Positions 1-12,756 of a stretch of DNA of 64,000 nt are shown here, in pieces (position 1 is the first letter of the stretch; each line of letters starts with the position of its first letter). Source of the DNA: Octopus vulgaris (Eukaryota); assembly GCA_951406725.2 (NCBI GenBank), contig OX597816.1:112592001-112656000 (forward strand), given 5' to 3'. Below the pieces are notes generated by a model that did no database searches, was not told the DNA's origin, and worked only from the letters and a program-made list of their open reading frames with translations. The position numbers and the translations under genes are program-made.

Positions 1-3000
1 CACACACACCACAAAAATATTTCTACTGAATGTAGGAGGGCTGCTGCGCGGAAACTGTAAAAAGAAAATTTCATTCCTGAGAGACCTTGTGACATGCAAT
101 CAAGCTATATGCATGGCACTCACAGAAACGCATCTTGAACCCGATATAGGTGATGCAGAAATACACATGCCGCAATATGCAGTCATACGCACAGATAGAA
201 AAGGGAGGAGCCATGGTGGAGTTGCAATGTACATCCGAGATGACCTCACGCCCCAGGTCCTGCTGTCATATTCAAACTCAGTATGTGAAACTCAAATTGT
301 ACACATAAGACAACTGAATATCGTCATATGCACTACATATCGCCCACCAGACGCCCCAAAACACTCAGGCATGTTTGAAGACTGCCTAACAAAAATAGGA
401 GAAGTCCTCACCAACCTTGAACAGCACAACAGTGTATTCTTCATGGGTGACTTTAACCTCCCCAATGTGGAATGGCCTGGGGGGCAGATGCTCCCAGGGA
501 TGACACACCATCAGCAGGCACAGGTGGAGTCCCTGCTCCATCTCACAAATACCTCTTTCATGGAGCAAATAGTTCTGCAACCAACAAGGGCAGATAATAT
601 ACTGGATCTCTGCTTTACAAACAATATGGATATTATCCATAATGTTAATGTGATGCCGACAATGATCTCGGATCACAACATAATAGAGCTGTCTACGTAT
701 GGAACAAAAGCCCCCGCAGACACACAGCCTATACGAAGCACCCACCATCTCTCCAACTTAAACTTTCATAAAGCCAACTGGAAGTCGATTGAGAAAGAGA
801 TCCTCAAACAGGATTGGCCTGAATGTCTCTCCACACCGGACATAAACATGAAACACAAACACTTCATGTCCATAATACAAGCCATATGTGACAAATATGT
901 CCCAATGTGCAGGGCCAGCACACACAAGAATAAAAACAGGATCCCTAGAGAAAGGAGGATTCTTATGAGACGACGGACAAGGATTGCAAACCGCCTGAGC
1001 AAGCACACCAAAAGTGGTGAGAAGTCTCGGCTCGAAAGAATGCTAATGGAAACTGAGAAAAGTCTACATCAGTCCCATGAAAAGGAGAGAGCAGATAAAG
1101 AAGCTTGGGTAATAGAAAATATAAAATCAAACCCTAAAGCTTTCTTTAAGTTTGCCAAAGAGACAGCCACAGTGCACCAGAGAATAGGACCTCTCTTCCA
1201 AAAAGATGGCTCTCTCACAGGAAATCCCACGAGGATAAGTGAAATACTGAACGAACAGTTCCAAAGTGTATTCACTACACCTCTAGGACACAGGCAAGTA
1301 AACAACCCAGAAGAATTCTTTGCCACTTTACCAGCGGCCAAAGAGACAAAAATTGAGTACATCAACATCGAAGAAGATGATATCACACTAGCCATTGATG
1401 AGATTGACACAAACTCAGCTGCTGGACCTGATGGATTCCCAGCGATCCTTCTCAAATCGTGCAAACGAGCCCTTGCAAAACCGCTACAGCTTCTTTTTCA
1501 GAGCTTTCTTGCAAGTGGTAAGCTCCCAGTCAAACTGAAAGAGGGGGTAATATGCCCTATCCATAAGGGAGGTAGCAGAGCAGATGCTAAAAATTATAGG
1601 CCTATCTCTCTGACCTCACACATCAGCAAAGTCATGGAACGAATAGTCCGTAAGAAACTAATCATGTTCCTTGAAGAAAATGACTTACTGTCTGACACCC
1701 AGCATGGATTTCGACCAGGTAGAGGCTGCCTAACACAGCTCCTGCAACACTATGACTGGGTGTTGAAACAGCTACTAAATGGCTCAAATGTGGATGTAAT
1801 ATATCTTGACTTTGCAAAAGCCTTTGATAAAGTCGACCATGGTATGATCTGTCACAAACTGCGTGGTCTCGGCATAGGCGGGAAACTTGGAGAGTGGCTG
1901 CACAACTTCCTAAAAGACAGAAAACAGGCAGTTGTGAGCAATGGAGCCACCTCCAGGGAAACGCAAATAACAAGCGGTGTCCCACAGGGCACTGTCTTCG
2001 GGCCACTGATGTTCATAGTGGCCCTTTCAGACATGCCTTCAGTTGCTACGATGACCACCCTTGCTAGCTATGCAGATGACACAAAGGTCTCCCACGCAAT
2101 ACAGAACCCTGAAAATATTGCGCATCTGCAACATGAGCTGGACACAATATACAGGTGGGCTGAGGACAACAACATGCAGTTTAATGCAGGTAAGTTCCAG
2201 GCCCTGCGCTACTGGCACACAAAGGTAAATGACGTGAAGACTGGATACACTGGCCCAGGAAGAATTGCAATCCCTGAGTCAAAATCAGTGCGTGACCTGG
2301 GCATTGACATGAGCAATGATGCATCTTTCCAAATGCATATTGCTAATCTGGTGATAAAATGCAGACGGCTAGCTGGATGGATTCTCCGAACTTTCAGAAC
2401 AAGAGAGAAGGAGACACTGATGGTCCTATGGAAAACATTTGTCCTCAGCCGCTTGGACTACTGCTCCCAACTTTGGTCACCACACAATATAAAACAAACA
2501 GCAGAACTCGAAGCAACTCAGAGAAGCTACACAAAGAAAATCGTCTCAATGCAAAATGTCAGCTACTGGGAAAGACTGAAGGTATTAAACCTCTTCTCCC
2601 TGGAGCGGAGGCGGGAGAGATATGCAGTAATATACATCTGGAAAATCCTGGAGGGTCTTGTCCCAAACTTTGGCATTCAAAGTTACTCCAACCGCAGAAC
2701 GGGCGCCGCTGCGTGGTGCCAAGGATTCCAACATCACCATCAAAATACAGGTCCAGATACTGCAACAGCTTGGGTTTCAGAGGACCACAGCTTTTCAACA
2801 TCCTCCCTAAATGCCTGAGAGACTTACATGGTGTGGATGTGGGTTTCTTTAAAACTAAACTGGATCTCTTCTTGTTGGGAGTCCCAGATGAACCTACCTC
2901 ACGACAGGAGACACGGATGCGGGCAGCAGCATCGAACTCCCTTGTTGATCAAGTGCCACGTATCAGAGGTGGATTCACAAACTAGTGTGGCTCATTCAGC

Positions 3001-3041
3001 GGTGGTGCCCCAGCATGGCCGCGGCCTTCGATTTAAGGCCC
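1..3041 (+). mobile_element. Young non-LTR retrotransposon, CR1/L2 group, with short 3' UTR cut by assembly gap
   Basis: ORF2 as above. The 3' UTR has GGTGCCCCAGCATGGCCGC plus the hairpin GGCCTT-CGATTT-AAGGCC (3023-3040). Clade assignment is from motif style only. Confidence 0.85.
2..2985 (+). CDS. LINE ORF2 (APE endonuclease + reverse transcriptase), 5'-partial, one frameshift near 2701
   Basis: The frame is open from position 2. EN motifs: IFLLNVGGL, LTETHL, YRPP, GDFN, ILDL, SDH. RT motifs: GPDG, YRPISL, QHGFR, YLDFAKAFDKV, GVPQG, YADD, DLGI. The C-terminus RRERYAVIYIWKIL continues after a 1-nt slip at GGG 2701-2703 into ORF 2359..2985 (RRCVVPR...GPQLFNILP...FKTKLD). Confidence 0.95.
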
Positions 3042-3141
3042 NNNNNNNNNNNNNNNNNNNNNNNNNNNNNNNNNNNNNNNNNNNNNNNNNNNNNNNNNNN
3101 NNNNNNNNNNNNNNNNNNNNNNNNNNNNNNNNNNNNNNNNN
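3042..3141. other. Assembly gap (100 N)
   Basis: Run of N. Confidence 1.
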
Positions 3142-3242
3142 TACTGTTGAAGTATGTAAATGTCTATTGTACATGCATATAAATGCATGCCTGTGTGTGT
3201 GTGTTTATATGTGTGTATATTATACATACGTATGTGTATGCG

Positions 3243-3430
3243 TGAGGGGGGGGGTGCTGAAAAGTTCCTAACTTTGGGTAAAAGAAAATACAGAAGAATC
3301 AGTTATGATTTTATTCAACATATTCCCCTCTCACGTTCACACATTTATTGCAGCAGCCCTGCAGTTTTACTAAGCCCTGTAAAAGAACTTGGAAGGCTAC
3401 GCCTTTAATCAGGCTTTTCAGTTCAGCTCA
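3243..3430. mobile_element. Tc1/mariner-type MITE
   Basis: Degenerate terminal inverted repeats GAGG(G)nTGCTGAAAAGTTCCT ... AGGCTTTTCAGTTCAGCTC; no ORF. Confidence 0.55.
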
Positions 3431-3431
3431 A

Positions 3432-3448
3432 CACACACACACACACAC

Positions 3449-3532
<84 letters not shown>
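3432..3532. repeat. Compound microsatellite (CA)n(CT)n(TA)n
   Basis: Direct reading. Confidence 0.95.
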
Positions 3533-3535
<3 letters not shown>

Positions 3536-4079
3536 TATGATAAAAGGCAGATTTTCTCTGCCTGCTCCCATGTTTCTTTTTTAATACAATTCTACAATAT
3601 AGAATTTCTTCAATTGGAATTTATCTATGATTTTTCCAAGTAGATTCAATTGGGTCATGGCATGTAAAGTTTTTTTCAATTTCACCCCCAATTAAGCAAA
3701 AATTCGAGAAAACTCAATATTTTACAATTTGCCTCTCTGATTTCAAGTGGTTTACTCCTGCTATTACCAACACACTTTCTCCTACTTTCTCTTTGCAAGT
3801 GTGAAACTATTAAAGTGAAAGTATTAGATAACAGGGATGAGCCATTAATACTGGTCATCCTTTTTGCTAGAGGAAGATCTGCTATGGTCTTATATGCTAC
3901 ACCACTGGTTTTCAATTCATATTAATCAAATTAATATTCAATTTTTCACCCTTATTGTGTGTGTGTGTGTATTAGCAATTCATATTAAATTGCATCAATG
4001 ACTTGAACTTGATCAAGTGGTTTCACATAAATGGGGATAAATTAAAAAGGTTTGTTGTTATTATTATTACTGTTTGACT

Positions 4080-5438
4080 ATTGTAATCACGTTTGTTGGT
4101 TCCTCGTCAGGGAAACGTTGTTGTGTTGCATTTGTTAAATAATTGTAAACCGTAACCCTTCCCCTTTCGGAGAAGGGGCTTTGGTTATTGTTTAAGAATT
4201 GAATTGTGTCCCTGTTTGGGGAAATTGGCAATATTTTCACCGTCTTTACGGAAGCATTTTTGTTAAAATGCCTTCAATAGAAGAAAGTCCAAAAATGAAT
4301 TTCGCTGCAGCCGTACACTTCTATACAAGAGGGTGGACAAGATCCAATTGATCAAAATTGCAAGAGACAGGCCTACAATTCCAGTCTGTTATATATTTTG
4401 AGTATTGTTATCACTAGTGATATCAAGATATAACTTTGTATTTTGTATTTTATGTGTAGATGTGACATTAATTCACACTTAACCAACATCTGTCCTTCGC
4501 TCACCTCTATTTCTATCCATTCATCATCAAACCACCAGCCTCATCTTCTATATCCAACGTACATGACACATCTACCCCCTACATCTACACTCTCACTGTT
4601 AAAGTTTACGTAAGCGACAACACGATCGCAACATACACTTTGGAAACTAAGCTACAGATCATTTTATACAACAACAAATTTAATCATAACGCCCATCAAT
4701 GAAAACATCTCCACCACTGTGTTATGATTCATCTATTCAGCACCATTACAGCTGGTCTGACACATGGTGAGTAGATGCTATTGTTGTATATTTTATAAAC
4801 TACCCATATTTACTTACCCATGCTTCATTCCTCTCTTGCCTACATAGGGCATCCATTCTCTTTTAACACAGCATGAAGTTTTGTAACAGCACATCCACTG
4901 CCGTTTGTGGAAAATGAAGAGACCCTATTCACCTGCGAACGTTTTACAATTATGAGAACAATTACATGGCTCTTTTCAAGGCAACCTCGTATTCAATTCT
5001 TACACCATTCTACGAGGGGGTAGGAACCCCTTTACACGGCTTTCTATACACTTACAAATACATTCATTCGTCGTAAACTTATATCAATATTTGCCTGAAT
5101 AATCATCATAATTCAGTGCAATCATTAACAGTACTTTCAAGCAATTCAGCCCCGAGCATTGCCAGACAATTCTGCTAGTAAATATATATACATGTATATA
5201 TATATACATATACATATATATAAATTAATAAATAAAACATATGCACATATACATACATATATATACGTACCTACCTCTACATGTATATATACATGCATAT
5301 ATGGGTACAGGACACCAAAAAAACGTCGAACACATTGAGAAACGAAAAGATAAACACAAAACCAAGGAAAATTCCCCTTCTTCAGTCGCCTTAGTTTCAT
5401 CTACTCCACGTTTCGAAGGTCAAGACGATACATGACTT

Positions 5439-5440
<2 letters not shown>
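4080..5440. mobile_element. Unclassified repeat insertion, Penelope-like ends suspected
   Basis: Compositionally distinct, CpG-containing, C/A-skewed block. The minus strand carries CGAAACG and CTGAAGA motifs at 5375-5415 and CTGACGAG at about 4102-4109. Confidence 0.35.
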
Positions 5441-5489
<49 letters not shown>

Positions 5490-5589
5490 TACACATACAT
5501 AAATATAGCACACATGTATAGAAAATGAGCGGAAACATTTTGAATATGAAATACTATCTTTTTGTATAATTGGAACAGTCCATCTTTCA

Positions 5590-5878
5590 TGACAAGTGTT
5601 CCAGTTGATTCAATCAATGGGACAACCTGTTCATGAAATTAACATGCAAGTGGCTAAGCCCTCCAGAGACATGCGTATCCTCAAGATAGATTCTCAGGGA
5701 GAATCAGTGTGACAAGGCTGACCCTTTGAATTACTAGTATAACTCAATTTTTGCCAGCTGAGTTGACTGGAGCAATGGGAAATAAAGTGTCTTGATCAAA
5801 GACACAACACACTGCCCAGAACTGAACTCCTGACCTTACAGCCACAACCTGAATACACTAACCACTAAGCCATATGCA
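5590..5878 (-). mobile_element. tRNA-derived SINE family B
   Basis: Minus-strand head TGGCTTAGTGG (A box), then GTTCAGTT, GTGTCTTTGATCAAGACACTT and CCAGTCAACTCAGCTGGC; homologous to 41470-41697 and 44026-44323. Confidence 0.75.
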
Positions 5879-6179
5879 TTTACTCATTTTGCATACCCAG
5901 CATTGTATTGTACAATGTGGCTTTCCCTAAGATGATAGATTTTGCTGCTCTTTCTAGCAAGTTAGGCAACCACTTAAAAACTCCCTTGTTAGCTCACTAT
6001 GTAATTTGTATGGTGCAATTAATCTAGGGCTCCATTTACATATTTCAGTAATGGAACTATAAAGTCTAGGTACAAACAACTTTGGGGTTTTCAATCCTAC
6101 AAATGTCTCTTTATCTTTATTGGACAATAAGTTATTAGATTGAAAATTGTAGTATATTCTGATTGACATGTTTAATATT

Positions 6180-6252
6180 CGCTCAATGTGACGCTTGAAC
6201 CTACAACCCTGAGATAAAGAGTCTCATGCATTACTGTCTGAACTAGCTGGGA
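6180..6252 (-). pseudogene. tRNA-Lys(CTT) pseudogene
   Basis: The 73-nt reverse complement TCCCAGCTAGTTCAGACAGTAATGCATGAGACTCTTTATCTCAGGGTTGTAGGTTCAAGCGTCACATTGAGCG aligns without gaps to metazoan tRNA-Lys-CTT with about 15 substitutions, many of CpG-decay type. G18 is mutated and there is no oligo-T terminator. Confidence 0.9.
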
Positions 6253-6599
6253 GATGCTTTCAAAGCATTATATAAGGGAACTGTTGTAAAACTTAACTGG
6301 TGTTGCTTTTCAGCAATATATCTTATCCACCTTGTCAGAACTAGATAATAATCTGGTGTTTGTGACTGCATAACTGTTGTTATTGTTTAGCTCCAGATCA
6401 ACTCTGATTGAGCAGAACTATGATCAAATGTATTCCATGGTTAGCTCATCTTTTTTATAAGTATCTAGGACTACATTATCTGATTTATTCTTTCCCTTTT
6501 TTTCTTAAAATTGCTAAAGATAGAAGAATTTTATTTGCAGGTGATTTGGCTATTATTTTTAGCTGGGTTCTTTGCTAGCTTGAAATAGGTTTTATGTTG

Positions 6600-7460
6600 C
6601 ATGTTGTAATTGTTAAATGTATCTTCTAACTGTTATTCAGATATATTTCCTTGTTTCTTTATAATTTCATTATCTCACAATCAAACTTTAAGTCTTCTCT
6701 ATAAATCAAACTTTTTCAGTTTCTATCAAACACAATTGCTATTTAATCACTGTACACAATGTTTGTTACTGTGATCATTAGTAATTTTGGCTAGATTTCA
6801 TATTTCTTAATTGATTTATGAGACCATATAAAGTTGTACTAAAATTTAGATTAGGTTCAATTGATTTTAAAGTTTATTTTCATAATTGCTTGTATATCTA
6901 TACATTTGTTGCCAATTTTCACTAATAAAATATGTTGGCTTCAATTATAAGCTTATTATTTTTCTTTGAATATGATCAGGGTTTATTTAAATTTGTTGTT
7001 CTTTCCTGTGAGCTATTAGTATATTAGAGTATAAATACATAATTTCACTTTGTGGTCTTATATGAGTGTATTCTTCTAAATCCTTCTGATTATGCTTTAT
7101 TTACTAATTAGATCAATCATATTTATTTATTTATAGTAAACACAAAGGGAAATTGCCTCCAAATTATAACATAGGTTTCTTAATTTACTTTCTATTTTAG
7201 ATTCATTGTCAGCAAACAATTCATTAAAAGTATCTTTTATTAGATTTTCTTGATATTTAGAATTAGATTTTGCAATTAAAACTCGACATTGTTCCAGAAT
7301 TCTTTCATGTTTTTAAAAAATATTTTCACCTTTTATTTTCTTCATGTCTTTATTGGTTATTTCCAGAGAGAATTTTAATTCTTGGGGGCTTACTGCCATC
7401 TAAGGAATATTCACTATATCTTAGAGTTATTCCACTAATAATTCCTTCTTCCTCTCCATA
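6600..7460 (+). pseudogene. Decayed LRR gene 2
   Basis: IKLFQFLSNTIAI (~6704); GNCLQII (~7148); LDSLSANNSLKVSFIRFS*YLELDFAIK/KLDIVPEFFHV (7197-7312). Confidence 0.5.
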
Positions 7461-7471
7461 TAAACATATGA

Positions 7472-7600
7472 AGGCATGTAGCCTAATAATCATGGTTTTG
7501 AGTGCATGTTGCATTATGGGTTCAATCCCTGACCCAGGAGTTAGTTGTATCCTTGAGTAAAGTACACTATTTCATGCTGCTCTAGTCTATTCAGCTCTTC
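7472..7600 (+). mobile_element. Degraded SINE family B head
   Basis: GGGTTCAATCCC B box and TATCCTTGAGTAAAGTACACT core. Confidence 0.55.
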
Positions 7601-8419
7601 CTATTCAGCAGTCACATCCTTGATGTACCCTTAGGTGAAAGGTGAGGAGGTCACGTATGTGTTTATCTTTGTACGTGACTATGTAAGACACCTAAAACTA
7701 TTAGCAGTACAAATTACTAGGTTATTCTGACTTCTGAGTGTTGGCTAAACATACATTAATATGTGAGATTACCTTTCATCATATCTGCTACATATTTAAG
7801 ACTGACTCTTGTTTTATATAGAGGATTGTATGTAACTCCATGGCTTACTTATATTAAATAAATAAAGCATACACAGTACATAAGACACGTGTGTGCTTTC
7901 AGAAATAACTTTTAAGAAATACCTACAGTTGATTCCTTAATTCTTCATTCAAGTTCTTAATTTCTTCATTCAAGTTCGCCTTTTATACATTCCTCTAATT
8001 TGGTCTATGTTATGTCTCAGAATTTTCAAGACATCTTCCATTATTATTTATTATTATTATTTTTTTTTTTGCTCATATTTACTTGGAAATATAAAACATC
8101 TTGATTATTTTTATAAAGAATCCATTATCATTTGTTTTGTATGCAAGCAATAAATTAGACACAATTAACTGGCATTCAATATGCTAAATCAATCAATATT
8201 TCTTATTAAATAATTTTCTATTGTATAGTCATTGTCCTTGTGAAGAATCTCAGGTGTTTTTGATTTTTTCTTTATTTAAATTCTTATTATTCAGATCCAG
8301 AAAAATTATAATCTTTCTCTCTTCTACTCTCTCTCTCTCTCTCTCACACACACACATATTTCCTTCTCTGTGTTAGGAGGCATAAGCACTTACACACGCA
8401 CATGTATACACATGATGGA

Positions 8420-8572
8420 AACTTCTGCCTACCAAATTCAATTATAAGGCTTCAATCTGCCCACGGCTATAGCAGAAGACACTTGTTAAAGGTACCATGC
8501 AGTGCATCTGGACTTGGAACCTTGTGGCTGGGGAGTAAGCTTCCTAACCACACAGCCATGCCTGTGCTTACA
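8420..8572 (-). mobile_element. SINE family A 5' fragment
   Basis: Reverse complement of the head of 21306/60749 (GGCATGGCTGTGTGGTTAGGAAGCTT...AAGTGTCTTCTGCTATAGCC). Confidence 0.75.
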
Positions 8573-9050
8573 TAATGAATGTGTATATATATATATATAC
8601 CCTTGGATAACCCCAGTGGTGTGGAGAGGGGAGGCTAGTATGTATGGGTGACTGCTGGTCTTCCATAAACAACCTTGCCCGGACTTGTGCCTTGGATGTG
8701 AACTTTATAGGTGCAATCCCATGGTCATTCATGACCAAAGGAGATCTTTACCTAGTAGTAGTATGGGGGCATGTGCTGTAACAGTGACTCACTTCATCCT
8801 CTATTTGTTAGTGATTCCCTACTACTCTTGTTGGTGACACCTTTGCATCACTCAGGGGACAACCCTCTAATCCATGGATCTGTTTGGGTAATCATTGCTT
8901 GTAAGAGTTTTATGAGGTCAGAGTGCAAATCCTATCTCAACCTCTTTTAGTTACCATTTATGAGATGCAAAGGAAATATTGGGGCTCTTTTTTGGTTTGC
9001 CAATTCCTACACAGCACAACACAAAGCAAGTCTAATAAATACTAGATTAT

Positions 9051-9278
9051 TTAACTCTTCAGCATTTAAACTAGCCGTATTCATCTAAAATATTCTACCT
9101 GTTTGATGGTCAAAGTGGCCAGATCCAGCCTCTCCTACATAGCCTGCAATGTCATTCTGAAAGTAAACAATCACATTATTGAAATCTCAAAGCAACAAGA
9201 TAAGGCATGATTAATTCAAACCAACGTCAATCAATAAGCACCACAATGGGCAAAGAAACCTGAATGCTAAAGGGTTAA
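9051..9278. mobile_element. piggyBac-type MITE family P1
   Basis: TTAA-bounded with TIR TTAACTCTTCAGCATT / AATGCTAAAGGGTTAA; homologous internal sequence at 30487-30707 and 57711-57944. Confidence 0.8.
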
Positions 9279-10414
9279 ATGTATCAAATATTTTGTTTTT
9301 AGAAATACTTCTTCTAAAAGTTATAGTATCTGTGTACAGTCTCACATGCATGCATATGCACATACACACACATGCGTGCACACATACACAAGATGCAACT
9401 GCTAAATTAGGCTTGAGATTCATTATGTATTTGTGGCACCAAGTTCATTATTCTACTTCATAAGATAAATAAGTATATATCTTTAGTTCATGAACCAATA
9501 GAAATTTGATCAGATACTGACTGATATAGTAACTATTTCATACAAAATAGATCTAAAATTTAGTGATTTGGTTATGTACTTTTGGCAGGATTTAGATAAG
9601 TAGCCCCTGTCACATTTTCATCCATTGAGTTATTTGCACATAACCTTATTTGATGAGCAGATGAACACCTAAACTGATTCACCACTGCCATATGGATAAT
9701 ATCCAACTGATAAAGAAATTCCTAGCACTTTGCCAACAAATCTTTTATTGTTGCCTCTTATATCCAAGAAACTTGTTACTTCACAACTGTTGTACTTTTT
9801 TTCTTAACTCTTGCAATATACCCAGTAAGTGCATGCTTTTACACATTATAACAAAATTTTATATTTAAATCTGATACCATATTCCCTATTCAGGTTTTCT
9901 GAATGCAATAACTAAGTATAAGCTCAGTTAGAGTAATAAATATGTTTTGTAGTGAGTTAATTTGAGTGTTAGGATGTTGAATATTTGCACTCCATTAGGG
10001 GTTACATTGATACATTGATTCAACTTTAAATGGCAGGTTTCACTTTGTTCAATATCTATTAAAAAAAAAGGTTATTAAATTTTCTTTAACATTGTAGATC
10101 TAAGTTATATCCATTTCTTTGAATGCAACTAAAGTTACTATAAAATAAATAAAGTATATATCAATATACCAGTTCTTTATCTATGATACTATTATGTAAG
10201 TGACAGAAACAGGATCACATTAAACTGAGGTCTTCTCAATTCTTAAAGTAATATTTGTTCTCCAACTTTTTTCTTTTTCTTTTTCCATATTTCTTAAAAG
10301 TAAATATATAAACAAGCTGAGATGATTTTTTCCAAATGACATCAAACTTCAGAAGCAGCTATCATTTTTGTTGCATTGTATTGTAAGATACTGTGTGTGC
10401 GTTACCATATGACA

Positions 10415-10630
10415 GTAGTGGTTTTGGCAGAATTGCAAGAATATTAGGAAAAAGAAAAATGCCTTGCAGTATTCATTCCAGTATTTTGTGTTCTGTGTGT
10501 AGATCCTTCTGAGGTCAACTTTGCTTGTCATCCTTCTAACATCAATGATATAAAGTACCATTCAAGACCTGGGATTTGATAATAATCAGCTACTTTCTTC
10601 CCTTCTAAGTTCTGCCCTTGTGCCTAATTT
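10415..10630 (+). mobile_element. Degraded SINE family C (Nin/Deu-like central domain)
   Basis: GAGGTCAACTTTGCTTGTCATCCTT...AAAGTACC; homologous to 23798 and 49523 copies. Confidence 0.65.
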
Positions 10631-12756
10631 ATGAATAGTATACACACACACACACACACAGACATATATATATATATATAATATTTTTTCATAACATTAT
10701 CATTTTTTTTATTATAGTAATTAAAATATCTGATACATCATAACATGGTTGCATTTACTTTTTTCTTAAAACTATATTATTCAGTACTAAAAGCAATTCT
10801 TAATCTCCCATATGTTTCCCTATATACATTTAGCAATATGGACAAATTTTATACCTCAGAGGTTTTATATTGTGTGACAGAATATTTGGCACTACAAGGT
10901 GAGTTAATTGAAAAGGATTTAAATAAGTTTTATTTTTTCTTTAGTAATATTACAGGCTTAAAAGCCAGATGCAGCTAATCTATTTGGAAACACCATTTAT
11001 TCTATAAATTTTTATATCATTAAATATGGATAAATTGGTCGCATTATCCTTTTTATCGCAGAGTAAACATGGATATTGATTACAAGAGAAATAGTGTCAT
11101 AAATACAAATCCATATTTATTAAATTTTACTTTTAAATGAATATTGAATTATCTCTTATTTTATCATGATTATTAGTTTTAAATATTATAAAATTGAATT
11201 AAAGGTTAAATTTTTATTCATATTTTTATTGTAAACCCTCTTCTGACACAGGCTTGATAGAATCAAAATGACATCTAAAAAAAAAAAATAAAATAAAAAA
11301 AGTAAATATTTCTGCTACACTTAGAGCTTTCATGTCATGAGAATGACATCCATATCAAATTCTTCAGAAAAGCTGTTTGTGTTGTGAAAACTTTGCAAAT
11401 TCAAATTATCTATAGTTTGTTTTGCAATATTATTTGAAACAGTAAATTTTATCTCAAAATGTAGTAAATCATATCTAAAAAAATGTGCAAATTTGTGGTT
11501 AAATATTACATATTTTGTTTGATAGCTTTTATTGATCTAAGTAAAACTCATATGTTAGATAAAATCAAACAACTTTTGGCTTTATTGATCTCATGTTATC
11601 TTTCAAACTTTAGCTTTACATTTTCATATTGAATCTTCCTATTTCTAGAGAAAATTCCTGTACATATATGAATTCTGTTTTTCCTCTTTTTCTTATTCAT
11701 TTATTTCATATATAAGTTGACAGGTAAAGGATAAGTCAAATAATAGTGTCACTATAGCTATATTTCAAGTAGATGTTTTATTTCATAAAATTTATATAAT
11801 TTAACAAGTTACCACATGAATTAATGAAATTAAAAATAAAATGAGAATTTTTATTTCCTAAAATGTTTTGATGACTGAATACTTTGGTGCTTAACTTCTG
11901 GAATCTATTTCATGTGCAAAAAGGAATATTTTCTATTAAAACACTTTATCCTGATCATGTTTGATATTTTACATTTTTTAAAAATCCATTACAAATTATT
12001 TCAAGTTTTTTTTTTTTAATTGCTGCAACCAAAGGATTAAGTATAAGTTAAGCATTATATTTTATATAAAGTAATGTTATATGCAGTTTTGATCTGTCAG
12101 AAAAATTATTAAAGAAAATTATTCTGTTCGGGTGCTTAGTCATGTATGTCATCTCAGGTGTGTTATTGTTTTAGTTTCAAATATAAAGAATATTTTTCTT
12201 TTATTTTTGATAAACATGCATTTTTTTTGTCTGCCTATCAAAAATCCACTAGGGGTTAGAATTATGATTTCAGTGGAAGAATCAGTATAATGATGTTGAA
12301 AATTTCTTGAAGTATTTAGTTATATCAGAGTTTAAATTCCACTTCAGTACTGAGAAGTAAACTAACAGACTAATTTTCAGAATGATTGGACCAAAATATC
12401 ACCTTTACTACAGCAAGTAAGCTGACCTAGTATATATACACAGGCAATAGATGTAATCAGCAAATTACCATTTATGATTAGTTTTAAGGGAGCAATGGCC
12501 ATAGATTAGTACAAATTCAGAGAAGGAGGCAGTAAATATCATAAAGTAAAAATATCAGGAATTAGAAAAATATAAAAGTAGATAAGAAAATTGGCTTCAA
12601 AGGAAGATATTGGCACTAAGATAGAAGTATTTTGCAAAGAAAGATAAATCTCTCTGAGAGACTTAGAAATGTATTATTTCTATTTTCAAAGAAAGATATG
12701 TTGACTGTTCTAATATTAATTTAGATGAATAAAAGAATAAATAAATTAATAAGTAA

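Larger units (their letters stand above)
3570..6350 (-). pseudogene. Decayed LRR gene 1, split by tRNA copy, SINE and ~1.4 kb insertion
   Basis: Minus strand: LSFTTVPLYNALKA (6296-6255); YYNFQSNNLLSNKDKETFVGLKTPKLF..SSITEI (ORF 5954-6169); LRRCT-like SKPLEIREANCKILSFLEFL (ORF 3682-3915), then FTCHDPIE/LLGKIIDKFQLKKF (3668-3602), matching CxxPxxLxGxxI. Confidence 0.7.

Noticed and set aside
386-2801. Minus-strand ORFs overlapping the LINE
   Set aside because: Antisense shadows of the GC-richer LINE ORF2 with no recognisable domains
2359-2985. Separate 208-aa gene
   Set aside because: Only the last ~93 aa are meaningful, as the frameshifted C-terminus of LINE ORF2
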